Source: Glaucostegus cemiculus
Lineage: Eukaryota
NCBI GenBank assembly: GCA_976551045.1
Contig: CDPCPM010000015.1
Span: 1,984,001-2,048,000 of the forward strand
Direction of reading: 5' to 3'
DNA length: 64,000 nt
The translations under genes and the position numbers were made by a program. The notes under the pieces were generated by a model. The model was not told the DNA's origin. It made no database searches and was given only the letters and a program-made list of their open reading frames with translations. This document shows, piece by piece, positions 37,673 to 50,100 of the stretch (position 1 is its first letter; each line of letters begins with the position of its first letter).

Positions 37673-37865
37673 ACGTTGATGCTCAAGGAGAACCTGGAGC
37701 AACAGGAGCTTTTAATGAGCAAAGCATATTTCAGTACAAAGCCTTTTACATAAAACCACAGCTTTCTGAGCAGCAAGCACCACAATGGAACACAACAGAG
37801 TTTCAACAGCAGCTGGTCAAGGAGGCACTCCACAATCTTAAGTGTGATTTTATTCAACTCGCTGA
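37673..37865 (+). other. Candidate exon, copy 2 of tandem duplicate
   Basis: 12 substitutions and no indels in 193 nt versus copy 1; same splice-like sites; frame open. Confidence 0.5.
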
Positions 37866-40800
37866 GTCAGTCATGTTGGGTTATTTTTTACCCTGAGTAA
37901 TCTGTGGGATGTTGGTGCTGAATACTGAAACAACTTCTTAAACAGACATGGGATTGAGATTTTAAAAAAAACCACTCCACTGTCCCATCACACACTCTCA
38001 CCATAGATTATGTTTGTTGGAGGATCAACATTGGACCCAACTAATCTGGAGAAATCCTTTGCTCTTTGGTTAATTGTGCCTTGGGACCTTCCACATCTAT
38101 TTAAGAGAATGATAGGGTAGTTATTTTAACATTTCATCAGAAAGTCAGCACCTTCCTCAGAGCAGCACTCTGACCTGTGGCTCTCTGAGTGTTACCTGAC
38201 TATGTCAATTCTTTGAACCACTGGCTATAGAAGTGACAGTCTTTCCATTGAACTGTGGGGGATACAGAACTGCTGTGTATGGGCTGAGCACTAATACTGT
38301 GAAAACACATTCCAGTCAATGCATTACAACACAGTCCTGGATGTGGGTTCATTTGTGTAATGCACACCCTTATCTGTGTAATATTCAATGTAAATGCATT
38401 CCAACGGGTTATTCTGGGTGTTCCATACACCAATCAATGCTTTCTGAGGTATAATGCATTCGAGGCTGTCTGTAATTCCATATTACACAATCCAGCCTGT
38501 GTGTTTTCTCTATTGGAAAATAGAGGCTAAAACTATGAGTAATATTACTCTGTGACATCGGCCTGTGCACAGGAGGCGTGCTTTTGGTGTAGCAAAAATA
38601 GCAGCTGTTTATAGAAAGATGAGAGCAGGTGATGGATCGACGCACTCAGCAAGTAAACAAGAGCAGGCTGTTGGGCACTCAACCAGCCCGAATATTCCGA
38701 GCTCTTCTGTTGATGCTCCTGGGGATTTGCTGTGCCTCACATCTTGCTCTGTTTGCACAGTGGCCTCCCTATAGCTTGTTGGCTGCCTATGGAGTTCACA
38801 GACAGACATCAGAGCTGGTTTAGTCCAGAGCAGTGAGTAGCACCTAGAAAATGCACTGCAGTTCCTCACCACAGTTACTCCAGCAGCACCTTCCAAACCC
38901 ACAACCTCTACCATCAGGAAGGAGATGGGCAGCAGGCACAGGGGATCAGTTCCATCCTGACATGGAAATACATTGTCATTCCTTCTTAATCACTGGGTCT
39001 AAAATCTGGAACTCCCTACCCAACAGCAGTGTTGAGGTACCTTCATGAGGACTGTAGCGGTTCAAGGTAGCAGCTCATCAGCACCATCCAAGGGCATTTA
39101 GGGATGGGAAATAAATGCTGGCCTTTTTTATAAAAGCAGTTTTATAACTCCTTTCACAGCCCACAGATGTCCTAAGGAATCTGCAGCTAATGATGTCTTC
39201 TTGAAGAGAAGCCACTCTTTGAATGCAGGAAATCTCCCTCTGGCAGCACCTCGTTTGGAAGAAGTGAAATAGAAGTGCAGCACTGGGAACGTTAGCCTAG
39301 GTTTTGGTGTTTAAGCTGTCGGTCACCTGTAAGCAAATTTGCACCACACAATTGCCAGGTAATGACCACTGCAAACATGAGCTAGCCTAACCTTCTCCCT
39401 TTGACATTGACTGGCATTACCATCGCTATATCCACTGCCATCTACATCCCGGCAGCCAAGAGTTCTAGTTTCATCTAGATTCCAGCATCTGCGGCCCTTT
39501 GTTTCTCTAACATTGACCAGAAACTCATTTGGACCAGCTACATGAGTGGATGGCTCCAAATGCAGATCAGAGGCCAGGTATCATGCACTGAGTCATTCAC
39601 GATTAACACCCCAAAGCCTTTTCACCATCTACACAAAGCAGGAGTGTGTTAGAATATTCTCCCTTTGATTGGGTGGGTGCATCTCCCTAAACACTCAACA
39701 ACATCCAAGAGAAAGCAGCTTACTTAATTGGCACCCCATTCACTACCATAAGTGTTCACTCCCAACAGCACCAGCACACAAAGCCCTCTTGAAGTCACAC
39801 ACCATCCTGATTTAGAAATATGTTGCCAGTCATCCATTGTTGCTGGATCCAAGTTCTGGAACACCCTAGCCAACGGTACTGTGGGAGTACCCTCATCAGA
39901 GGGTCTGCAGTGGTTCAAGAAGGCAGCTCATCACTACCCATTCAAGAGCAGTTAGGGATGGGTAATAAACACCACCCTTGCCAACAAGCCCACATCCCAC
40001 AAATGAAGACAAAACATCTCAGCAGAATGAAACCAAAAGCAACAGCCTCTTAATCCAGAGAACAACAGCTACAACTGTGTCACAGCAGGTATAACCAAAC
40101 TGGCTCATTATTTAATTGTTTTATGGATAATTCTGCACATTGGGAAAGATGTCAAAGCCTTTTAGAGGGTCTGGTGGCAATTTGTTGGAATGGTCCCAGG
40201 CTGAGAGGCCTCAGTTACTGTGGAGGTCTCTGAAGGTAACTGGTGGATATTGGTAGGTTTTAGCCAAACCCCAACCTTAATGCCCGCCCAGGACTCCTGC
40301 TTTTACTTGGGGGTATGGCAGCATATTCGTTCTATCACTATATCGAAAGCCCAAAATCTTGGACCAATGGCCAGAGACCTTAGTTTCAATTTAAGTACAG
40401 TTAATCAAACACACTGGAAATTTAAATACTGGCATCACGAATGGTGATCATGAATCATTAGATTGTCAAAAAGTACATCCTGTTCACTAACATCCTTCAG
40501 AGCAGGAGATGAGCCATTCCCACCCGGACTGACCTGTACGTGACCCCAGTCCCACCAATATGGTTGATTCACAGCTGCCCTCTCAAAAGACTCAGAGAGA
40601 CAGTTCAGAGGCAACAAATCCCAAGCTCACCAGCAATATCTGCATCCCGTGAATGGATATGAAGAGAACTTGTGAGGACATAGAGGGAGAGAGAGAGATC
40701 TAGGAGGAAGGGGGAGAGGGAAGGGGAAAGGTGTAAAGGAAGTTATTTTTTCAAGGACTGTATCCCAGCACGTTGCCCAGGTACAGTCCCATCGCCAGAT

Positions 40801-41794
40801 GATCACTGTCACTGGAGCAGGGAAATCTGGCTAATTCTCAGATGTTAACTTTGTTCCGATCCCTTGATAATTCACCTGTCAATCAAACAAGCCCACAGGC
40901 TGTCATATTCCCACCTCTGTACTTATCACAGTCACTCTGTCTCCTCCCTGACAGTGCCAGTAGAATTTCCTACTAATGGACCAGTAATGACAGAGTCTCT
41001 ACTCTGGTCAAATCTCTTTAGATCTTTAATTGCTGGTTAATACAGTAGGGAAAAACAGTTTCAGAAAATTAGCCTTTAACTTGTGTCGGTTCCTGATATC
41101 ATCCTGTCAGCAAGCTGTCAGTCCTTAAGATATCTTTATTAGTCCCATGTACACTGAAACACATAGTGAAATGCATCTTTTGTGTAGTGTTCTGGGGGGC
41201 AGGCCGCAAGTGTCACTACGCTTCTGGTGCCAACATAGCATGCCCACAACTTCTTGGTGCAGTGGAAACTCAGAGATTTAAATGCTATCAGATCCCAGCA
41301 ACACTGGAGAGAAATGTACTGCAGCACTCAGGGTTGGGAACTTAACACCAGTCTCAGTAACAGGTCCATAGGTCTGTGGGCATAGGGTCTGTGATTGATT
41401 GGCAGGCCGTTGTTTTACCATCCACTTCGATCAACATTCATTCCAGTTCAGAAGCACTTTTTGCATTATTGCATTGTTTATAACAAACCCATTCCTTGCA
41501 TTATGACTAATGATTCCATAGTGTGCTTCCCATTCCATATTATACTGGCAATCTACGCTGCATACCTTCCAAAATCAATCTCTCCCTCCTCAGATGTGTG
41601 GCCCCAAAACACTCAGAGGGTTCCCGGCGTGGTCTAACCCTGGCTGTGTGCTGGTGTTAAATAACCTCTAGCTCTTTATAGTGTTCTCCTCTGGATAGGA
41701 AAGCCAGCATTCCATTCATCTGTTTGGTGGTTTTCTGTAGCTCTCCATGACATTTCAATGATCTGTATGCACAGACCGCAAATGGGCAGACAGA

Positions 41795-42560
41795 TCAGAA
41801 TCAGGATCAGATTTATTATCATTAACTTAAGTGACATGAAATTATTGTTTTACGGCAGCAGTACAGTGCAAAGACATAAAATTACTATAAGTTACAAAAA
41901 TAAGCAAAGAGTTCAATAATGAGGTAGTGTTCATGGGTTCATGCACAATTCAGAAATTTGATGGTGCCAGGGAAGAAGCTGTTCCTGAATCATTGAGTGT
42001 GGGTCTTCAGGCTCTTATACCTCCTCCCCAGTGGTAGTAATGAGAAGAGGGCATGTCCTGGGTGATGAGGGTTCTTAGTGATGGATGCCACCTTCTTAGG
42101 CACTGCCTCTTGAAGATGTCCTAGAAGTTGGGGAGGGTTGTGCCTGTGATGGAGCTGGCTGAGTCTACAACCCTCTGCAGCCTCTTGTGATCCTGTGCAT
42201 TGCAGCCTGCATACCAGGCTGTGATGCAACCAGTCAGAATGCTCTCCAACGTACATCTATGGAAATTTCTAAGAGTTTTTGGTGACACACCAAATTTCCT
42301 CAAACTCCTAACGAAGTAGATCCACTGGCATGCCTTCTTCATGATTGCATCAATGTGTTGGGCCCACGCTGGATCCTCCGAGACATTGATGCCCAGGAAC
42401 TTGAAGCTGCTCACCCGGCCCACTGCTGACTCCTCAATGAGGACTGGTGTGTGTTCTCAAAGCTTCCCCTTCCTAAAGTCCACAATCAATTCCTTGGTCT
42501 TGCTGACACTGAGTGCAAGGTTGTCATTGCAACATCACTCAACCAGCCGATCTGTCTCAC
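41795..42560 (-). mobile_element. Rex1/Babar-type LINE 3' portion (frameshifted)
   Basis: RVSSFKFLGINVSED..IMKKACQWIYFVRSLRKFG..RCTLESILTGCITAWY..KRLQRVV; HPGHALFSLLPLGRRYKSL. Confidence 0.9.
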
Positions 42561-42579
42561 ACCTGCTCTGTCATCATTA

Positions 42580-43450
42580 AGAAATAGAATCAGGAGGAAC
42601 CCACTCAACCACTTAAACTTGGTCTGCCATTCCATTAGATAGTGCCTGATCTTTTACCTCAGTGTCACTTCCCTGCACTAACCTCAAATCTTGTGATTTC
42701 CTTAATAACCAAAAATCAATCAATTTCTGTCTTGTACAAACTCAGTGACCGGGTCCCCACAGCCCTCCTGGGGAGGGAATTCCAAAGATTTATTATTTTC
42801 TGGTCAAGAAACGTCTTCTCATCTCAGCCCTGAACGGTTACCTCTTGAGCTTGTGACCTCTGCTTCTAGACAGCCCAAGCCAGAGAAAACATCATTCCCA
42901 TATCTAACCCATAAGAAGTTTGTGAGTTTCAATGAGATCACCTCACATTCTCCAAAACTCAAGTGAGTGTTGGTCCAGTTCAATCCAACCTCTCCCCATT
43001 ATACAACCCTCCCTTTCCAGGAATTAATCAAGTGAGCCTTCATTGCTCTCCTTGTATTGCAACTACAGCCTTCCTGAGACCAGATCTGCATGTGGAATTC
43101 CAGGTACAGCATCACCAGAACCTTATACAATTGCAGTAAGACATGTTATACTCAAATCCTGTTATAATAAAAGCACACACTGTTTGCCTTTTTAATTGCT
43201 TATTGTACCTGCATGCTAACTTTCCATAATTTACATACAAGGACATTCTGCTACCTCTGAATTACAACACTTTTCAATCTCTCACCATTTAATAAAACTC
43301 CACTTTTCTGTTTCTTGCACTTTTCCCTCACACTTTTCCACATCACATTCCACCTGCTGTGTTCTCACCCATTCACCTAGTCTGTTTAGTATCCCTGGAA
43401 GCCTCGCTGCATTCTCTTTACAACTCCCAGCCACCCAGCTTTGTATCCTT
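42580..43450 (-). mobile_element. Decayed CR1 LINE 3' portion
   Basis: Minus-strand NRLGEWVRTQQVECDVEKCE resembles CR1 RT DRL.EW...WQM.FN..KC; CR1-type 3' UTR near 42590. Confidence 0.8.
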
Positions 43451-44189
43451 GAATTTCCCCACCACTCTCTCAATATGATATTTCTCAAACACATCTCTTT
43501 GACCAGCTTTTATCAGCTGCCCTAATTTCACTTTATGTGGCACAATTATAGAATTTCGTCAACATCTATTCTTGTGACAGGCCTCAGGGTGTTTTGCTAC
43601 ACTGAAGATGCAGTTACGTAAATCCAAGTTACGCACTGTGAACTGTGCCACTGGTCCATTGTGGTCCCTGTGGTCATTAAATCTTCCTCAACAGCCACCA
43701 ATAAAGGCACAAAGGATTAGTTTCTGAGCTCCAAACAGTTCCAGTCAACATGCCACAAAAAGAAAACATTACATTCATTTTACATTGTACTTTTTTCTCA
43801 GGTGAGATGTCATGTGACAATCTTGTTGTCTTGAGTTAGCAGATTGCTAGTCTTGCTATTCTTAGCTTCTCCTCTGGGACAAGTCCCTCCCCTCCTGCCT
43901 GAGCCAATGAGGTCCATGACCCATTGTCTAAAAGGCTCAAGAGCAAGTAAATGGGAACCTCTCATAGGCAACCAGGCTAGAAATCCTGGGAATGCAAATC
44001 GTAAAGCCACTCACAGAGCTCAAAGAAGTTCTGATCACCACAAGTGGCCCGTGTCATAAGGACAGAATGTAGCCTGACCAGTCAGACCAGGAAGGCTGCT
44101 GTTCACTCCCTGGTCTGTGCTTAACACATTGACAAGATCGACCTATTGTGGTCCTATGGGTGCCATTCCCACATGTGAGCCAGAATGTT

Positions 44190-44555
44190 GAGGGTTCACG
44201 TCCTGACCGCAGTGATCCTTCAGTGCATCGCTGAGGGAGTGCTGCACTGTCAGCGATGCTGTCCTTTGAATGAGATGTTAAACCAAAAACCGTTAGTGTT
44301 CTCTTATATTGATATGAAGTATCCCATGACTACTGAGAGAAAGAGCAGAGAAGTTCGACCTGTGTCTTTATTGATATTTAGCCCTAACTAAAACAGATTA
44401 TGGAGTCATCATCATGTTGCTGTTTGTGGAAGCTTGCTGTGCATAAATTCGTTGTCTTTTCCAACATTGGAACACTGACTACAACCCAAGAAGGGCTTCA
44501 TTGGCAGCAGAGTGCCCCAAGGCTATGAAAGAAACTATATAAATGCAATTTTTTT
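44190..44555 (+). mobile_element. Ancient SacSINE1/DeuSINE-like SINE; many other fragments (e.g. 5620-5880, 9770-9905, 12560-12690, 32730-33215, 48640-48760, 62800-62935)
   Basis: gagggagtgctgcactgtc..cctttgaatgagatgttaaac..ttgctgtttgtggaagcttgctgtgcataaatt..ttcattggc..tataaatgcaa. Confidence 0.65.
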
Positions 44556-44559
44556 TGTT

Positions 44560-45060
44560 CTTTACAACAGCTCACATTCAAAATTTCCTTAACCAGTAAA
44601 ATCATGCCCCAGGTCATTTTTAGACAAAATTTAATGCCAAGCCGCAGAAAGAGATATTAAAGGGAAGATGGTGAGGAGGTTTATCAAAGACATTGGCTCT
44701 GATGCAAGTCTGAAAGGAGAAAGGCAGGGTCGGATTAGAGAGGGAATTCCACAGTTTAGGAAGCAACCCAACCAAAGTCAATTAGTGGAGCATTGAAAAT
44801 GGGCCCAAATTGGTGGGGTCCTGAGAGGGTCAATGGCTCAAGGAGGCACATGGGTGGGGAAGGGTGACTCCAAGGGCATTGAAAACAAGGGTGAGAATTC
44901 TACACCTGAAAAGTTGTTTTACAGGGAGCTGGTGCGGGCCAGTGAGCATAGGGCTGATGTGTGAACTGGACTTGGTGTGAGTTTGCATCGAAGTAGCGAG
45001 GGTTTGGATAAGATGAAGTTTATGGAGGTAGAGAATGGAATGCAGCCATGAGATAAGTCG
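44560..45060 (-). mobile_element. Decayed L2-type LINE fragment; related 3' pieces at 11640-11970, 29480-29830, 46570-46990
   Basis: Minus-strand LHKLHLIQTLA..TKSSSHISPMLTGPHQLPVKQ..RILTLVF is the L2 motif KLQ..QN.AA..HITP.L..LHWLPV..RI.FK. Confidence 0.7.
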
Positions 45061-45879
45061 TGAGACAACAATGATCGGCCAATCAGAAGCTCCCATCTCC
45101 TCACTGAGATCTAACTGGACAAATTGTAGGTTGGGGCTCTCTTAAGGAGAGACAGTGATTACCAAGAGGTGAATAAAGATTTTGGAGATTGAGTTCTTGT
45201 GGGAGTGAGAGAATGATGAAGAGGAGCAATGGGAGAAGGGGAGAGTGTCACAAGGAAAGAGGGAATGTAGGAACATAATGTTACTTATATCAACCACAAG
45301 TTCATGGATTATGTCCCAAGATCCAATGATAATTTCAGGTTGTTAGGAGCTTCTGAATGACTGGGGCCACAAATGGCACAGAAGTAATGTGACATAGGTA
45401 AAAAGAAATTTATTCAATTACTTAGAACTGATTTTTAAAAGTAATGAATAGATCTTCATTGGAACCCTCTCAACCTTCTCAATGCAATATTGAAACTGGT
45501 CTAACATGAGACCCTACAATGATAAAGGAATGGGCCAGATTACCATTATTGTGGTTGATGAAAAATGCCACAAAATATGCTCCCCCATCACAGATTGTAA
45601 AGGGACAAACCCTTCTCCAAACCCACCACCTTCTCCCTGTCAGAAAACTTGTTACTCTTTCTGAATTGAGCAGCCGGTCAAGCTGGGTAAGGTTGGGAGG
45701 TGGGGGGTGGTGGAAAGGGTGAGGAGGTGATGGTTGGCTCCTGTCTTATTATGGGTGTGCTGCTCTGTTTGGTGGACCTGTTGGTATAACATGTGGTCAC
45801 TATATTCAGTGGTTAATGTAGATTCAATAACACAAGAATGAAACCTTAATCTTAGGTGGATTTATGACATGATAAAGGT

Positions 45880-46390
45880 CAGTGGATGAGGGTAAGGGGT
45901 GTGGGGGAGGGTGGGGGTGAGGGGTGTGAGGGAGGTGGGCAGATAAGGTTGAAGGGTGTTGGAGGAAGTGGGTGAGTGGGGGCAATGGTTGTGAGGAAAG
46001 TCAGTGGAGGTTGAGGTGTGTGAGAGAAGGTGGATGGTAGGGGATTGAGGGATGTGGGGCTGGTGGGTAGTTTTGAGGGTAAATGGGGAAGGAGCAGTGT
46101 GGGGTGGAGGTATAGAGGAAGGTGGGTTTGAGGTCTGAGGAAAAGTGCCTTGGTGGGGTTGAGAGTGTGATAGAAGGGAGGGTGTAGGGAAAAGTGGGTG
46201 GGGTCGAGGGATGTGGGGTGTGGGCGGATTTGAAGAATAAGGGGGAAGATAGTGGGATTGTGGGATGTAGGGGCAGGAGGGTGGGTGGAGTTGAGAGGTG
46301 AGAGGTGCAAGGTGTGGGTGGATTTGGAGGGTTTGGGGGAATGTGGTAGTGGAGAATGCTGTGGGGAAAGGTGGGTCAATAGGTTTGAGG
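45880..46390 (+). repeat. G-rich low-complexity tract; similar strand-biased tracts at 4720-5150 (C-rich) and 10880-11340 (purine-rich)
   Basis: Dense GGG/GGGG runs separated by short T/A linkers. Confidence 0.85.
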
Positions 46391-47107
46391 AGTATAATGA
46401 GAAGGTTAATTCACACTGTGCAGGAACTAGGTGTCATATACATTCCCAAGGGAAGTTTCAGAACACACCTCCACACCATCACTAAGTTTTCACCTCAGTG
46501 ACATCGTCCTCTATTGTGAGCTTGGCTCAGTGACAGCTGAAACCCTCCCCATGTCTTTCTTGCTTCCAAATCTGATTATTGTAACACACTGCGCCCTGAA
46601 TAACATAAGATCACCTGAAACTAACCTGCACCAAATCCCACTCACCCATCACTTGCATGCTCACTGTCCCTTAATGGCCTCTGGTTTCTCTCTCTCTCTC
46701 TTTGAAGCCTCCTCCATTCCTACAACCCCCGAGATTTCTGTTTTCCTTCCACTCTGGACCCTTGAGCACCCTCTTTCCATCGCACCACCTCTGGTGGCCA
46801 TAGCTTCTGCTGCTGGGACTCCAACCTCTGAAATTCCCTCTCTAAACTTTGCAAACTCCCTGCTCCTCTTCCTGACAATAAGATACTCCTTTAGATCTAA
46901 CTCTCATATGGAACCAATTCTCATATATCTGGAATCAATTCTTGTTTGATATTTGGTCCAGTGATATTTCGCATATTAAAGGTGCTATTTGATAAGATCT
47001 TTATTAGTCACATGTACATCGAACCACACAGTGAAATATATCTTTTGCGTAGTGATTTTAAGGGGCAGCCCCCAAGTGTCGCCATGCCTCCGGCGCCAAC
47101 ATAGCAA

Positions 47108-47178
47108 TGTAGATCTATAAATGTATCTCTATATCTATAAATGTATCTCTATATCTACATGCATAAATCTATAAATGT
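47108..47178. repeat. Short 20-bp tandem repeat (atctataaatgtatctctat)
   Basis: Two full units and partial units. Confidence 0.85.
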
Positions 47179-50100
47179 GGAAGTGGAAGTCCAGCTTTTC
47201 TTCATTTCAAGGGAAAGCCACGAGGGTGCTAAGATTCAGTGATTAACCATCCGCCCTGTCCCTGAACCTTCCTTTTATTTCTACACAGCCATATATGTTG
47301 TCCTTCAATGAAAAGGGGATTAATTCATTGCAATATTAGCAGGAAAGCATGGAAATACTCAGCAAGCCAGGTAGTTTCCTTTGTGAGTGAAATGAATGAC
47401 ATTTTGGATCAATGACTCTTCATCAGAATGAGCTGAATTGGATTAAGCAGGTATATTGGGAAACAAGGGAGGAAAGAGCAAAAGGGAAGGTCTATAGGGC
47501 AGAATGGATTAAAAATAACAAGTGATCGCTCTGGAGAAGGTGCAAATGGCAATAACAAAATAGTTACTGGCAGCTGCTGTTTGAGGAAAGAGGAGTGAAG
47601 GCCATGATCTCAAATGGTTGAATTAGACATTGGTTCAGGAGAGCTGGAAATGTTTGCACTGTTATATCTTCACCTCCAACTTCCCCACTCTCAGCCCTGG
47701 TGCATATGACTCCACTTGTGCTTCTGAAGAACACTAGAGCTTGATCCTTCCCTGGCATGATCCACATGGGCAGGGTTTTGATCTGAGTGCAGATTCCATC
47801 CAGTATCAGCTGTCAGTTTTCAGCCATTGAGAAATGTGGGGAAATGCCAGACACCAGCCAGAGGCTCGGTGATGTTTGGCTCAGTTTGTTCCTTCAGAGA
47901 GACAGACCTGCACTTCCCTGCTGCGGGACACAACCTCTGCTCACTCCAAAGTTCTTCACAACCACTGAGGGGCTTTTGTAATGTTGCCACTAATGTAATT
48001 TAACAAACACAGCAGCTAATTTGCACATAACGAGTTCCCAGGAACAACACTGATTGAGAGATAAATATTGGCCCTGGGAAGTAACACCATGTGGTTATTT
48101 CTATCCACCCGGAAGTGCAGACAGAGCCTTGGCATAAGACATCAGCTGAGGAAAAGTATGTATGTTGAAAACGTTAAATATCCCATCCCCCCAAAGAGTT
48201 AATAAGGCAGCTCAGCAATCACTGCACTGTTGGGCCTCTCAGTCTGAGGCCTAATTCATTAATCACAAAATCAATTGCTGGAGATTTGTTTTTAATGTGA
48301 GTTCTGAAACAGGCCATCTTTCTATCCAGTGCCCCTGCGTGACTTCCACTTGCCAATCAATTATTCAGGGCTCATTGAGCATTGCCTGCTAGACTTCCAC
48401 CCGCTTGCTGTGATGGGTCCAGTGCAGCACCAAGGCTGGCTGTCGGGAGAGGGAGTGGGGAGTGTGAAACGTGACAGCGGGAAGGGTGGGGCGGGTTGCA
48501 GTGATGACACCAGCCAGGCAGCCTCCCTTGACGTGAGCCACAGCACAGTTCTGCAGCAAAGCCGCAGCTAGGCACAGAGCCAGCAGCCCTCACCTCACTG
48601 AAGGATAGTCTCACACCTAGCAGCAACTTTTCAAAATATCTCAAAGGATCCAGCAGCCTATGAAGCCATTTTAAAGTGTAGCCACTGTTGGAATGTAGGA
48701 AACATGGCAGCCAATTACTGCACAGTAAGCTCCCACAACCAACAAAGGGATAATGTCAAATCCAATCTGGCCAAATTGCTCACTCAGTGTGGATCAAAGT
48801 ATTCACTGAGTCAGTAACTTGGAATTGTTGAAGTAAACTAGATTCCACACTGGCACTTGATCTGTGAAACCTGAGCTCTAATTCTTCCCAGCCTGTTGAT
48901 GTCAGCCTCCTCACCCTCTTGAGAGTGCTGGTTTTACACTGCCTTCACCTATTCCAGGAGCTCAGAAGACCAAGTATAGCACATGCAGCATGGTTGCAAA
49001 TGCCAGAGTGCACCAACCAACATCAACAGGGCGCTGAAAGAAAAATAAACTCATCTCTTTCAGGGCATTTTGAACCTTTATCTGGGGTGGGACAACTGGT
49101 TGAAATTAAACGAAGTGCAATGAACCTGACGTAATTAGTTGTGCTCAGACTGAATGATGTTGAAAAAGTAGTCAAAGTCAAGGTCAAAGTCGAATTTATT
49201 GTCATATACACAAGTATATGTATGCACAGATGTAATGAAAAAAATATTTACAGCAGCTCCACAGGCACATAGCATCATACAAGCAACATTCACAAGAAAA
49301 ACATAAATTAAACATAAATTATACACAATTTTTACAAGAAAGAACAAAAAAAATGTCCATTTAAGTGCAAAATGGTCAAAGTTGTCATAGTCTAGATTGT
49401 GCTGAGTCAGGTGGATGGGGAGGCTGGAACGGGATGTCTCAGATGGTTGGGTTGGGTGGATGGAGAGGAGTGTGTGTCTGCTGCCTTTCCTTACAATGGG
49501 GTTGGGGTCAGGAAATGGCCATTTTGCTTGTTGCCAATTCATCTCTCTCTCTCTCCCTTTCTCTCTCTCCCCTCATCTCACAGCATTTCTCACTGTAGGT
49601 TTTCTATGTTTCTACGTTTCAATCCTATTCTCTCAATGTACCTCTTCTCCCCACATTTCCATCTTCCAGCCGTTGCTCTAAATCTCCTCTCATGTTGTCT
49701 CTCAACCCATCCATACTCCCTGCTTCAATATTCTTCCCTGGAATATACTTCACATTTCTCCTTGGCTTCCCTTTCTTCCTCCCACTTTTGGCCAACCTTC
49801 CCTGGAACAAGAAATATTATGCACTACTTATAGGGTTGACTTAAATCCATAGTACAAAGAGAATAATTCCTGGTTCTGTTCCTTAAAAGTTCCTTTGCAA
49901 CAGCTCACAAATCAGGGCATTGTGCTGATATTTACTGACATTGGCTTGTCTTTATGCTGTGAGCAGGTGATTAGGCAGAACAATTAGATTAACTTTAAAT
50001 CATGTTATTAAAGTGTTCCTTGTCCCTGGAGTGCACCTACTTCCCTCTTGCACACTGTTATTGTGTGGTGAACCAGCTGCCTGAGAACAGAGATCAAAGC

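Noticed and set aside
38409-38914. Overlapping 60-100 aa ORFs in unique DNA
   Set aside because: No recognisable domain, no convincing splice sites, and length within chance.
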